From: a virus
Taxonomy: Duplodnaviria > Caudoviricetes
IMG/VR virus record: IMGVR_UViG_3300011253_000436
Span: 1 to 50,285 of that record
DNA: 50,285 nt
Direction: 5' to 3' (one strand)
Shown: positions 1 to 8,538 of the stretch, piece after piece
How the letters are laid out: every line of letters begins with the position of its first letter
Numbering within the stretch: the stretch's first letter is position 1
Translations under genes and position numbers: made by a program
Notes under the pieces: generated by a model
What the model saw: the letters and a program-made list of their open reading frames with translations, nothing else
Databases searched by the model: none
Told to the model about the DNA's origin: nothing

Positions 1-21
1 GCAACCTAAAAAGATTGCTAA
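1..21. repeat. 21-bp terminal direct repeat (circular assembly overlap), left copy
   Basis: gcaacctaaaaagattgctaa at 1-21 is identical to 50265-50285, and a reading frame runs through the junction. Confidence 0.95.
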
Positions 22-2137
22 GAAAACGGCACAATATAGAAACAAAGGCGGGCTTATGTCTTCTAGCGACGATCTAGTACAAGAAAAAAACGAAGGCGGC
101 TTAGTGTCCGACACTTCTCCTAGAATGGAACGAGCAAGAGAAGCTAAGGAAGAAAGACAGGCATTAGGTGTACCAGAAGACACTACAGTCCAAGACGCAG
201 CTTACTTTGCGGCTTCTTTAGCCCCTGTTACGGGAGAGGCTATTGCTGCAAAAGAGGCACTAGAAAGTTTTGAAAAAGGGGACTACGGCATGGCTACATT
301 GTCTGCCGCCGGAGCCATCCCCTTATTAGGTATGCCCGCACGAGTTGCGGCTAAAGCACTTAAAGCTCCTAAATGGTTTAAGGCATCTGATTCTGTTCCT
401 GACAACATACCGGCTCCTGAAAAAGCACAACTTACTCAAATAAACACTAAGATTTACGATAAAGTAGACTCTTACTTTTCTAAAAATAACACAAAAGGAA
501 AGACACTAGACTACGGTGCAGGGCATGGACATGGGGCTTCTATACTAAAAGCGGACAGCTACGAGCCATTTCCAAAGGATAGATTTGTAGGAGGAAAACC
601 TACATTTTCTTCTAGTGCGGACATACCAAGTGAATCCTACGACAAAATAGTAAACACTTATGTTCTAAACGTAGTTCCTAAAGACGTTAGAGATGGGCTA
701 GTTTCTGAGATGGGTAGAGTACTTAAACCCGGAGGCGAAGCAGTCATAGTCACTAGAGGGACAGATGTATTTGGCTCCAAAGCCCGTCCTGTAAAAGCGG
801 CGCTAGGACCTGAAGACGGTTCTGTAATACTAGCTAAAGGAACCTACCAAAAAGGGTTTACTCCAACTGAATTAAAGGAGTACACTTCCGATATTTTAGG
901 TGAAGGGTTTACTGTAGATATAGTAAATACTTCGGGGACTAGCCCCGGAATTAGATTGACTAAAGCCATAGAAAAACACAAAGGTGGACTTATGTACGGC
1001 AACAAACAAAATAAAAAAATGCATGGCGGGGGCCACGCAAAGAAAGACTATTCAAAATACAAAAAGATGAATATGGGCGGTTACACTGGTGGTATGACTC
1101 AGGCAATGGGGATGAATCCTATGTTTGATGAAACCGAAGAGATGCCACAAATGAACTGCGGTGGGTACATGGGAGGCGGTATGATGTCCGCTGACGTTAT
1201 TGTAGGTATCGACCCTGTTAGTGGCAACGAAATCCCGCTAGGCTCAGACGCTGAGAATGTTAGAGACGATATTCCTGCTATGCTTTCTGAAGACGAATAC
1301 GTCCTTCCGGCTGACGTAGTTAAATGGCATGGTCTAAAGCATATTCAAGAAATGCACGACGAAGCGTCTATGGGTCTAATGTCAATGGCTATGGACGGCC
1401 TTGTGGCTACTGGAGAGCCTGCTGTAAAATCTAAAGATGCAGAGAAAGTTAAGCAAGAATACCGTACTGAAAAGGGATCTAGAAAGACTCCTGAAGGTGT
1501 GGAAGTAGAGCTAACTGCTTACGAAGTAGAAGATAATGCAGATTTAGAAAAAGAAGACGATTCAAAATACAAGTCTAAAGTAAAAGGCAACATGAAAGAG
1601 TATGGTAAGGGTGGTCTTTTAGGCTACGCTGAAGGTGGCCTTGTAGACGACGAAGACCCAGACCCGTATGGTGATTTACTAGACGATGGCTTTGAGTTTG
1701 ATGCTGACATGATGAATGCTGAGATGCTTGAAGAAGTAGCTGCGGAGCAACGTGCTAGAGACAAAGAGCTAGAGCCATATATGCGAGAAGAAAGTCTCAG
1801 TGAAGAAGATGCTGCTGATCTATTTGATGTAGACGAAGACGCGGGCGTTATTGACGTTCCTGATGGCGGTATGGATACTACTCCAGTGTCAGAAGACGAA
1901 GAAATCTCAGAAGACAAAGTAAATAAAGTAGCTGCTGCATTACTAAAGCAAGCAAGCTCATACAGTGGTAGTGGCTCAGAAGGTGCAGCATTTATGTCTG
2001 GCCTAGGCAACGGTGTTAAGATGGCCGAGCTAGGAAAGAAAGTAGGCGACCAGTTAGCTGACTACGAAACTAAAAGTGGTAACAATCCGTTTGGATTCTT
2101 ACGAGACGACAAAGGCTTTTTCCGAAAAAGGGGTTAA
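1..2137 (+). CDS. 3' part of an origin-spanning 777-aa multidomain protein (start at 50068): pre-toxin-TG-like segment, class I SAM methyltransferase, DDIPAMLS domain, acidic tail
   Basis: Codons 2-55 (QPKKIAKKTAQYRNKGGL) are open and in frame with both ATG 50068 and ATG 56. Motifs: LDYGAGHG (SAM motif I), YDKIVNTYVLNVV, GTYQKGF, VRDDIPAMLSEDEYVLPADVV. Lies between portal and scaffold. Confidence 0.8.
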   Translation, partial: QPKKIAKKTAQYRNKGGLMSSSDDLVQEKNEGGLVSDTSPRMERAREAKEERQALGVPEDTTVQDAAYFAASLAPVTGEAIAAKEALESFEKGDYGMATLSAAGAIPLLGMPARVAAKALKAPKWFKASDSVPDNIPAPEKAQLTQINTKIYDKVDSYFSKNNTKGKTLDYGAGHGHGASILKADSYEPFPKDRFVGGKPTFSSSADIPSESYDKIVNTYVLNVVPKDVRDGLVSEMGRVLKPGGEAVIVTRGTDVFGSKARPVKAALGPEDGSVILAKGTYQKGFTPTELKEYTSDILGEGFTVDIVNTSGTSPGIRLTKAIEKHKGGLMYGNKQNKKMHGGGHAKKDYSKYKKMNMGGYTGGMTQAMGMNPMFDETEEMPQMNCGGYMGGGMMSADVIVGIDPVSGNEIPLGSDAENVRDDIPAMLSEDEYVLPADVVKWHGLKHIQEMHDEASMGLMSMAMDGLVATGEPAVKSKDAEKVKQEYRTEKGSRKTPEGVEVELTAYEVEDNADLEKEDDSKYKSKVKGNMKEYGKGGLLGYAEGGLVDDEDPDPYGDLLDDGFEFDADMMNAEMLEEVAAEQRARDKELEPYMREESLSEEDAADLFDVDEDAGVIDVPDGGMDTTPVSEDEEISEDKVNKVAAALLKQASSYSGSGSEGAAFMSGLGNGVKMAELGKKVGDQLADYETKSGNNPFGFLRDDKGFFRKRG

Positions 2138-2156
2138 GCTAACAGATCGACGGTAA

Positions 2157-2191
2157 GGGCTACCCGCGATAGCAACACCATTGTGGCCCCC
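2157..2191 (+). promoter_or_regulatory. RNA hairpin with CUAC/CC internal loop directly upstream of the scaffold RBS
   Basis: GGG-CUAC-CCGCGAU-(9 nt loop)-AUUGUGG-CC-CCC. Confidence 0.55.
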
Positions 2192-2207
2192 AATAGGTAA
2201 AATCAAC

Positions 2208-2993
2208 ATGGCTAAATATCAAGGAGCATACCGCTCTGAAAAAGAACAACCGGAGCAAGTTAACGTAGCGGAACGACAAGAACCCGCAGCTACTTCGGTT
2301 GAGGAAGAAACATTTAAAAAACGCTACTCAGATTTACGACGGCACTCACAGGCAAAAACAGATGCTGCCGAGGCCGAAGCTAAAAAGCTGAAAGCTCAAC
2401 TAGATGCTGCGACTAAGAAACAAATTAAGTTTCCTAAAACAGACAAAGAGATTAGCGAATGGGTAACAAAATACCCAGACGTAGCAGGAATAATCGACAC
2501 CATAGCACAACGCAGAGCGTTAGAGGCTACGGGTCAAGTAGAAAAGAAAATGGATAGTCTTCGTAAATTAGAGACTAAGATCCATAAAGACAAAGCAGAA
2601 ACGCATCTAAAGGCTATGCACCCTGACTTCGATAAGATTAGACAGGATAAAAAATTCCACGTTTGGGCAGAACGACAGCCTAAATGGGTACAAGAAGCCT
2701 TATATGCAAATGACACTGATGCACTAGCCGCAGCTAGAGCTATTGATTTATACAAAGCTGATTTAGAAAAGTCAATGGCCGCAGCCAAGAAACGAAATAA
2801 AGGCAACAGTGCCGCAGAGTCAGTAACAAGAACTTCAAGTGCTTCACCTAGATCTTCCACTAATAATGGAAGCTGGAGTGAATCAAAAGTACAATCGCTT
2901 ACATCTCAGCAGTTTGATGAGTATGAAGCGGAGATCGAGAAAGCCATTCGCTCTGGCTCTTTCGATTACGATCTTTCTGGTGGAGCTAGATAG
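2208..2993 (+). CDS. Capsid scaffolding protein
   Basis: Coiled-coil protein with EETFKKRYSDLRRH and HPDF motifs, immediately upstream of the capsid gene. ATG 2208 follows an AGGT RBS and is preferred over TTG 2181. Confidence 0.75.
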   Translation: MAKYQGAYRSEKEQPEQVNVAERQEPAATSVEEETFKKRYSDLRRHSQAKTDAAEAEAKKLKAQLDAATKKQIKFPKTDKEISEWVTKYPDVAGIIDTIAQRRALEATGQVEKKMDSLRKLETKIHKDKAETHLKAMHPDFDKIRQDKKFHVWAERQPKWVQEALYANDTDALAAARAIDLYKADLEKSMAAAKKRNKGNSAAESVTRTSSASPRSSTNNGSWSESKVQSLTSQQFDEYEAEIEKAIRSGSFDYDLSGGAR

Positions 2994-3011
2994 TAGCATC
3001 ACCGGATTATC

Positions 3012-3149
3012 GCACAGACTAGGACCGCATCTGATAAAGCCTACTCCTTGGTCTGTGTTTACCAAAAGTTAAACGGCGTTAGTCACCTTTAGCTAGTGGC
3101 CCCTTCACAGGACACCCACAGAACTGAAGCCCTTTCGTATGTTACCTTT
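3012..3149 (+). promoter_or_regulatory. Structured 5' leader of the major capsid gene: hairpins with CC/NYAC internal loops
   Basis: Hairpins at 3012-3058, 3096-3119 and 3126-3149 carry CC opposite CUAC, ACAC and UUAC. A further stem lies at about 3067-3094. Confidence 0.55.
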
Positions 3150-3196
3150 TGCGTTTATCAATGCCCCAACTATATTTCTATTAAGGAGAAATCATC

Positions 3197-4264
3197 ATGG
3201 CATTTAATAAAGCAACGGGCCACGGAAATCTACCTAACGGTAACTTCTCGCCTGTCATTTATTCTCAGAAAGTCCAAAAGGCTTTCCGCAAGTCTTCTGT
3301 TGTTGAAGACATTACTAACACTGATTACATGGGTGAAATTGCTAACTTTGGCGACTCAGTTAAAATTATCAAAGAACCTGAAATTTCAGTAAGCTCTTAC
3401 GCTCGCGGCACTCAGATCCAAACTCAGGATCTAGACGACAGCGAGTTTTCATTAAACATCGACCAAGCTAACTACTTTAGCTTCAAGATGGATGACATCG
3501 AAAACGCTCACTCACACGTTAACTTCATGGATATGGCAACTGATCGTGCTGGTTACAAATTGCGTGACACTTTCGATTCAGAAGTATTAGGTTACGCTTC
3601 TGGTTACGCTAAAGGTGCAGACGGCGTTTGGGCAGTTAACACTGCTACTAACGGTGTTGCAGCTAGTTCTACTGCGGGTACGGATGAGTTATTGGCTGCT
3701 AACAAGCTAGAAGAAGCTACTTTTGGTGGTTCTACTGGTGCAGGTACGGCAATCAAGTTGTCTAACGGTACAGACACTGCGGGTTTCGCTTCTCCATTAG
3801 AAGTTTTGAACCGTATGGCTCGTATTATGGATGTTAACAATATCGACACTGAAGATCGTTGGTTTGTTGCTGATCCTGTGTTCTTCGAGCGTTTAATGGA
3901 CGAAGGTTCTAAGTTTGTAAGTGCAGACTTTAACTTGTCTATGGACGGCGACGGCATTATTGCTAACGGTCGAATCGGTAACGGTTTAATTCGTGGCTTT
4001 AAAATCTACAAGTCTAATAACTTACCTTTCTTGGGTACTGGTCCCGGCACTGAGAGTGACACTGCTAGTTCCTCTAACTTTGGTGTTGTTGTTGCTGGTC
4101 ATCAATCTGCTATTGCTTCTGCACAGCAAATTGACAAGACTGAAACTTATCGTGACCCTGACAGCTTCGCTGACATCGTTCGTGGTATGCAATTGTACGG
4201 TCGCAAGATTCTTCGTCCAGAAGCTCTTGTTACTGCTCGATACCAACTTGCTGCGTCTGCATAA
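3197..4264 (+). CDS. Major capsid protein
   Basis: GNLPNGNFSPVIYSQKV, EDITNTDYMGEI..GDSVKIIKEP and RDPDSFADIVRGMQLYGRKILRPEAL motifs; strong AAGGAG RBS; biased codon usage. Confidence 0.92.
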   Translation: MAFNKATGHGNLPNGNFSPVIYSQKVQKAFRKSSVVEDITNTDYMGEIANFGDSVKIIKEPEISVSSYARGTQIQTQDLDDSEFSLNIDQANYFSFKMDDIENAHSHVNFMDMATDRAGYKLRDTFDSEVLGYASGYAKGADGVWAVNTATNGVAASSTAGTDELLAANKLEEATFGGSTGAGTAIKLSNGTDTAGFASPLEVLNRMARIMDVNNIDTEDRWFVADPVFFERLMDEGSKFVSADFNLSMDGDGIIANGRIGNGLIRGFKIYKSNNLPFLGTGPGTESDTASSSNFGVVVAGHQSAIASAQQIDKTETYRDPDSFADIVRGMQLYGRKILRPEALVTARYQLAASA

Positions 4265-4276
4265 GGAGAATAACTA

Positions 4277-4777
4277 ATGGCTACTTTTGACCAAGCTACA
4301 AATATCAACGCAGGCACTCAGCCTGTCCAAACTGGCCGAGGTGTGTACTTCTTAGAAGCAACCATCGACATGGCCGTTGTTAAAGCGCAGAAAACCAGCG
4401 CCTTAGTTGCTGGCGACATCATTCAGTGCATCGACGTTCCTGCTAACACTATGATTATCGGTGGTGGTATTGAAGTCGTAACTGCGTTTGACGCAAGCGC
4501 TGACGGTACTACTTGGAACTTAGGTGTTACTGGTAGTGGCGGTATCGTTACTTCTATCTGTAATGTTGTAGATCCAGAAGATGCTGCTGCGGGTTCTTAC
4601 TTCGGTACAGGAACTGCTGGCGCTTCAGGTACTTTCATTACTGCGGCCAACGACACTGTTGACCTAGAAATGCAAGCAGTAACTACTGCGCCTTCAACTG
4701 GTGTACTACGAATCTTTATCGTATGTATCCCAGTGGATGCTAAATTAGCACCCGGCGTTGCAGCTATCGGATCGTAA
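4277..4777 (+). CDS. Putative minor capsid/decoration protein
   Basis: Beta-rich 166 aa directly after the capsid gene, strong RBS, same codon bias, followed by a terminator. Confidence 0.6.
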   Translation: MATFDQATNINAGTQPVQTGRGVYFLEATIDMAVVKAQKTSALVAGDIIQCIDVPANTMIIGGGIEVVTAFDASADGTTWNLGVTGSGGIVTSICNVVDPEDAAAGSYFGTGTAGASGTFITAANDTVDLEMQAVTTAPSTGVLRIFIVCIPVDAKLAPGVAAIGS

Positions 4778-4795
4778 GATAGTGTGACTTAGATT

Positions 4796-4830
4796 GTGGG
4801 CTGGTTCGCTGGCCCACTTTCTTTTACTTT
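4796..4830 (+). terminator. Rho-independent terminator
   Basis: gtgggctgg-ttcg-ctggcccac followed by a T-rich tract. Confidence 0.85.
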
Positions 4831-4845
4831 TAATAGAGTGTAATT

Positions 4846-5901
4846 ATGTCTTTAACATATATGGACCTTTGCAATAAGGTACTTCGACGCATCAATGAGG
4901 TTGAGTTTTCTCAGACTGATTTTGATAGCGCCACCGGATTACACGCAGCTACTAAAGATGCTGTGTTACACGCTATTGCAAAAATAAATTCAGCGGAGTT
5001 TGAATGGCCGTTTAACGCCACTACATATACTCAAACTTTGCAAGCAGGAGTAGAGTCTTATCAGTTTCCTAGTGACTTAAAAACTGTAGACTTTAATTCT
5101 TTTCAAATTCAACGTGACGTAAACTCTGTAGTCATCACTAAGATAGACGCAGATACATTCACTTACCCTTTGCCTATTACTAATTTAGGGAACTCAGTGA
5201 ACTCAGCTACGACAGAGACGTACACAGCTAGTACTGGAGACGCTACAGTAGGTGCTATTAATAATACTTCTAGCACAGCTAACGTAGGAGCTATTATAGA
5301 TATAGCTTCTGCTAGCTTATCTAGTAATGTAGTTACGGTAAACACTTCCTCTGCTCATGGTCTAAACACAAACGACACCGTAGGTATATCTAGCCTTGGG
5401 TTTGATGTTACTGACCCTAATAGCGTTAAAGTTGAAAATTTTAGAACACTAAAGAAAATAGAAAGAGACGAATACTTTAATCATGGCAGAGATGCAGATG
5501 CTAACTCTCTGGCCGCCGGTAGGGGTATGCCCGACCATATATTCATGGATCATGGAGTAGGTTCTGGTTTATCTCAGGATTTGTATTTTGGTATAACTCC
5601 TTCGCCAGACAAAGCGTATAAAGTTAAATTTAATTACTTTGCTGTGCCTTTTAAACTTAGTGCATACAACGATATAACTAAGATTCCAGATAACTTCGAG
5701 CACGTTATAGTAGATGGTGCAGTACACTTTATGTTTACTTTTAAAGAGAACATGGATGCTGGACAGCTAGCATTGATGAGTTTCCAGCAAGGCATCAAAG
5801 AGATGCAGAGCCAACTAATAAATTCATACGAAAGAATTACTGACCGTCGTGTAGCATTTGGTGGCGGCAAGATTGGTATCCAAGTAGCTGACAGGGTGTA
5901 A
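4846..5901 (+). CDS. Tail adaptor (tail tubular protein A-like) with a ~100-aa inserted domain
   Basis: TYMDLCNKVLRRINE, EWPF, PSPDKAYKVKFNY and IPDNFEHVIVDGA motifs; insertion at aa ~94-192. Confidence 0.7.
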   Translation: MSLTYMDLCNKVLRRINEVEFSQTDFDSATGLHAATKDAVLHAIAKINSAEFEWPFNATTYTQTLQAGVESYQFPSDLKTVDFNSFQIQRDVNSVVITKIDADTFTYPLPITNLGNSVNSATTETYTASTGDATVGAINNTSSTANVGAIIDIASASLSSNVVTVNTSSAHGLNTNDTVGISSLGFDVTDPNSVKVENFRTLKKIERDEYFNHGRDADANSLAAGRGMPDHIFMDHGVGSGLSQDLYFGITPSPDKAYKVKFNYFAVPFKLSAYNDITKIPDNFEHVIVDGAVHFMFTFKENMDAGQLALMSFQQGIKEMQSQLINSYERITDRRVAFGGGKIGIQVADRV

Positions 5902-5906
5902 GTATA

Positions 5907-7664
5907 GTGCCAGATCAAACGCAACAACAAACTGTTATATGCCAAGGGGGCTTAGACAACTCAGAAAATCATCTAGCTCTTTCAGATGGTAAAGAGGGTG
6001 TGGCTGCTCGCTTGGTAAACTACGAAGTAGGTGAGTTTGGTGGCTACCGTAGAATAGAAGGGTTTAGCTATCTTAACCCCACAGGTAACAACAACACCGC
6101 AGAGGATAACTCTACTGTCCCCGGAACAGGGTCTATCTTAGGTGTTTTTGTATATCGTGACTTGTATGATTTAGCGGATGATGTTATTGCTATTAGACAG
6201 GTTTCAGGGCAAAGCTACTATTCTATTTACAAAATGCGAGCCGGTAACACATGGCTTAATATATCTGACGGCGGCAAGCTAAACAATCAATCTAGTCAAA
6301 ACTATAGGCCAACTGCTACTGGTGTAAATAGAGTACATATAACTAAGTTTAACGATGATGAAGGTAACAAAATATGTATAACTGACGGGGTAAACCCTGC
6401 GGTTATCTATTGGAATACTACAGGTGGACATAACTTTCAGCAGATCGTATCTACTGGTAATACAAGCTCAACAGATGCTAATGCGGGAGCACCACAGGGC
6501 AGTAGCGGATCTAACGACGGTTACGGGGGCGACCAAGCCATAAACAAACCTAAATGCTCTGCTTTCTACAAGACTAGCTTATATCTAGGTGGTGACGGTT
6601 CTAACGACCAACCTGCTAGTGTAGTGGCTTATAGTGCGGCTTCGGACATCTACGACTTCTCTGCTAGCGGAGGAGCGGCTCAAATACCCGTAGATGTAGA
6701 CGTAGTTAACATGATGCCTTTCCGAGATGACTTATATATATTTGGTCGTACAGGCATAAAAAGAATAAAGCAAAGTGGCACAGATATTATTGCCGAGAAC
6801 GTCACTAGAAACTTAGGGTGTGTAGCTCCTGACAGTGTAGTAGAGATAGGCGGCGACCTTATATTCTTAGCGCAAGATGGATTCCGTCCTGTAGCAGGTA
6901 CAGCTAGAATAGGCGATATAGAATTAGAAACTTTATCTAAGTCTATACAAAGTGACCTTATACATTTATCTAGCACTTACGATTTAGACAGGATGGTATC
7001 TGTAGTTATCCCATCTAAGGCACAAGTACGCTACTTCCTAAACGCAGCTACTCCTACTGATATTTCTGTAGCAGATGCTCCCGGATTTATTGGTGGACTT
7101 CGTACTGAAGATAACACGACGGGATGGGAGTGGGGCCGCATACAAGGTATACAGGCTAACTGTACAGATTCAGGTTACATAGGAAATATAGAGTACATAG
7201 TACATGGCGACCACGCAGGTAAAATATACCAGCAAGAAATAGGCAGCGACTTCAACGGCGCAGATATTACTGCTATTTACGAAACGCCTTACATTGACAT
7301 GGGCGACCCTCTAGTACGAAAGACTATACGAAAAGTAGATGCTTTCATTAGAGCGGAAGGCACTATGACTATGGGCTTAACTCTAGACTTTGATTACGGG
7401 GACCCTGATCTATTTAGGCCTGCGGATCTATCTTCAATAACTGAAGGTGCTATATCAGAGTTCGGTAGGGCAGGCGTTACTTACGTAGATGATGCCGACG
7501 ACGCTTCTATATTTTTATACGGTGGACAGACTAAACCCGTTTTATCTTATCAAATATCTGGCTCTGGGCATTCCGTTCAGTTTAGATTTATAAGTACAGG
7601 TACGTTTGCCCCTTACTCAATCCAAGGGTTGATACTTAAATTCACGACTTCAGGAAAACAATAA
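5907..7664 (+). CDS. Tail nozzle/stabilisation protein (tail tubular protein B-like)
   Basis: 585 aa, beta-propeller-like. GGYRRIEGF, FRDDLYIFG, GCVAPDSVVEIGGDLIFLAQDG and YETPYIDMGDP..RK motifs; follows the adaptor gene. Confidence 0.75.
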   Translation: MPDQTQQQTVICQGGLDNSENHLALSDGKEGVAARLVNYEVGEFGGYRRIEGFSYLNPTGNNNTAEDNSTVPGTGSILGVFVYRDLYDLADDVIAIRQVSGQSYYSIYKMRAGNTWLNISDGGKLNNQSSQNYRPTATGVNRVHITKFNDDEGNKICITDGVNPAVIYWNTTGGHNFQQIVSTGNTSSTDANAGAPQGSSGSNDGYGGDQAINKPKCSAFYKTSLYLGGDGSNDQPASVVAYSAASDIYDFSASGGAAQIPVDVDVVNMMPFRDDLYIFGRTGIKRIKQSGTDIIAENVTRNLGCVAPDSVVEIGGDLIFLAQDGFRPVAGTARIGDIELETLSKSIQSDLIHLSSTYDLDRMVSVVIPSKAQVRYFLNAATPTDISVADAPGFIGGLRTEDNTTGWEWGRIQGIQANCTDSGYIGNIEYIVHGDHAGKIYQQEIGSDFNGADITAIYETPYIDMGDPLVRKTIRKVDAFIRAEGTMTMGLTLDFDYGDPDLFRPADLSSITEGAISEFGRAGVTYVDDADDASIFLYGGQTKPVLSYQISGSGHSVQFRFISTGTFAPYSIQGLILKFTTSGKQ

Positions 7665-7665
7665 T

Positions 7666-8538
7666 ATGGCAGGTTACACACGACAATCAGCTTCCAGTAT
7701 TGCGAATGGCGTAGCTATATCTGCCGTTCCTTTAAACAACGAGTTCAACGCTCTGCTTGCGGCATTTGATGCCTCTTCTGGTCATCAGCATGACGGTACT
7801 ACAGGAGATGCCCCTAAGATTGCGTTAGCTACTTCTGTATCTGGTCTACTTCCGCTAGCTAATGGGGGTGTTGCAGGCCTTAACAATGTGACCACATCTA
7901 ATCCCGGTGTTAATAACGACACAGACGAGAGCTACAATATAGGTAGTTTTTGGGGAAATTCTAATACAGATAGAGGTTACTTGTGTTATGATGCTAGTGA
8001 TGGCGCGGCAGTATGGAAAGAATTAGTACATATCAACGCCGCAGGCAATGCAATAGACCCCGGAGCAGATAACACTGTAGACTTGGGTACTAGCTCTAAT
8101 CAATTTAAAGACCTACACATTAACGGTACAGCTAATATAGATGCTCTTGCAGCAGATGCAGCTACTGTTACAGGCATTATCACTGGTTCTGGTGGTATAA
8201 CTTCTTTTATAAACATCCAAGCGTCGGCTTCTAGCACTGTTTCTGCGAGTACTTTTGCAGGCTACGCTAACAAACGAGTAATCTTAACAGGCAGTACTGC
8301 TGCTACTTACGTTCTTCCTGATGCCGTTGTCGGTGATGTAGGCAAGACATGGGTTATCTGTAACGCTAGTAGTGCTGCTATAACCTTAGATGTAGACACT
8401 AACAGCCAGACTGTAACTAAACTTGTAGGTAGCGCGGCTGCTACCACTTCTGATATAACTATTGCCTCTGGTGGTGTTGTAGATTTAGTTTGTACGGCAG
8501 CAGATAATTATATCCTATACGGTAGTGGTATTGCGTAA
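7666..8538 (+). CDS. Tail fibre/appendage protein
   Basis: N-terminal anchor MAGYTRQS..LNNEFNAL..GHQHDG, a DLGTSSNQFKDLHI fibre motif and a C-terminal beta domain. Confidence 0.7.
   Translation: MAGYTRQSASSIANGVAISAVPLNNEFNALLAAFDASSGHQHDGTTGDAPKIALATSVSGLLPLANGGVAGLNNVTTSNPGVNNDTDESYNIGSFWGNSNTDRGYLCYDASDGAAVWKELVHINAAGNAIDPGADNTVDLGTSSNQFKDLHINGTANIDALAADAATVTGIITGSGGITSFINIQASASSTVSASTFAGYANKRVILTGSTAATYVLPDAVVGDVGKTWVICNASSAAITLDVDTNSQTVTKLVGSAAATTSDITIASGGVVDLVCTAADNYILYGSGIA

Noticed and set aside
2839-3392. Short ORFs 2839-3072, 2883-3065 and 3096-3392
   Set aside because: They overlap scaffold or capsid out of frame; the gap is better explained as a structured leader.
4250-4280. Capsid read-through or frameshift into the next gene
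   Set aside because: Clean TAA, a separate strong RBS and no slippery sequence seen.
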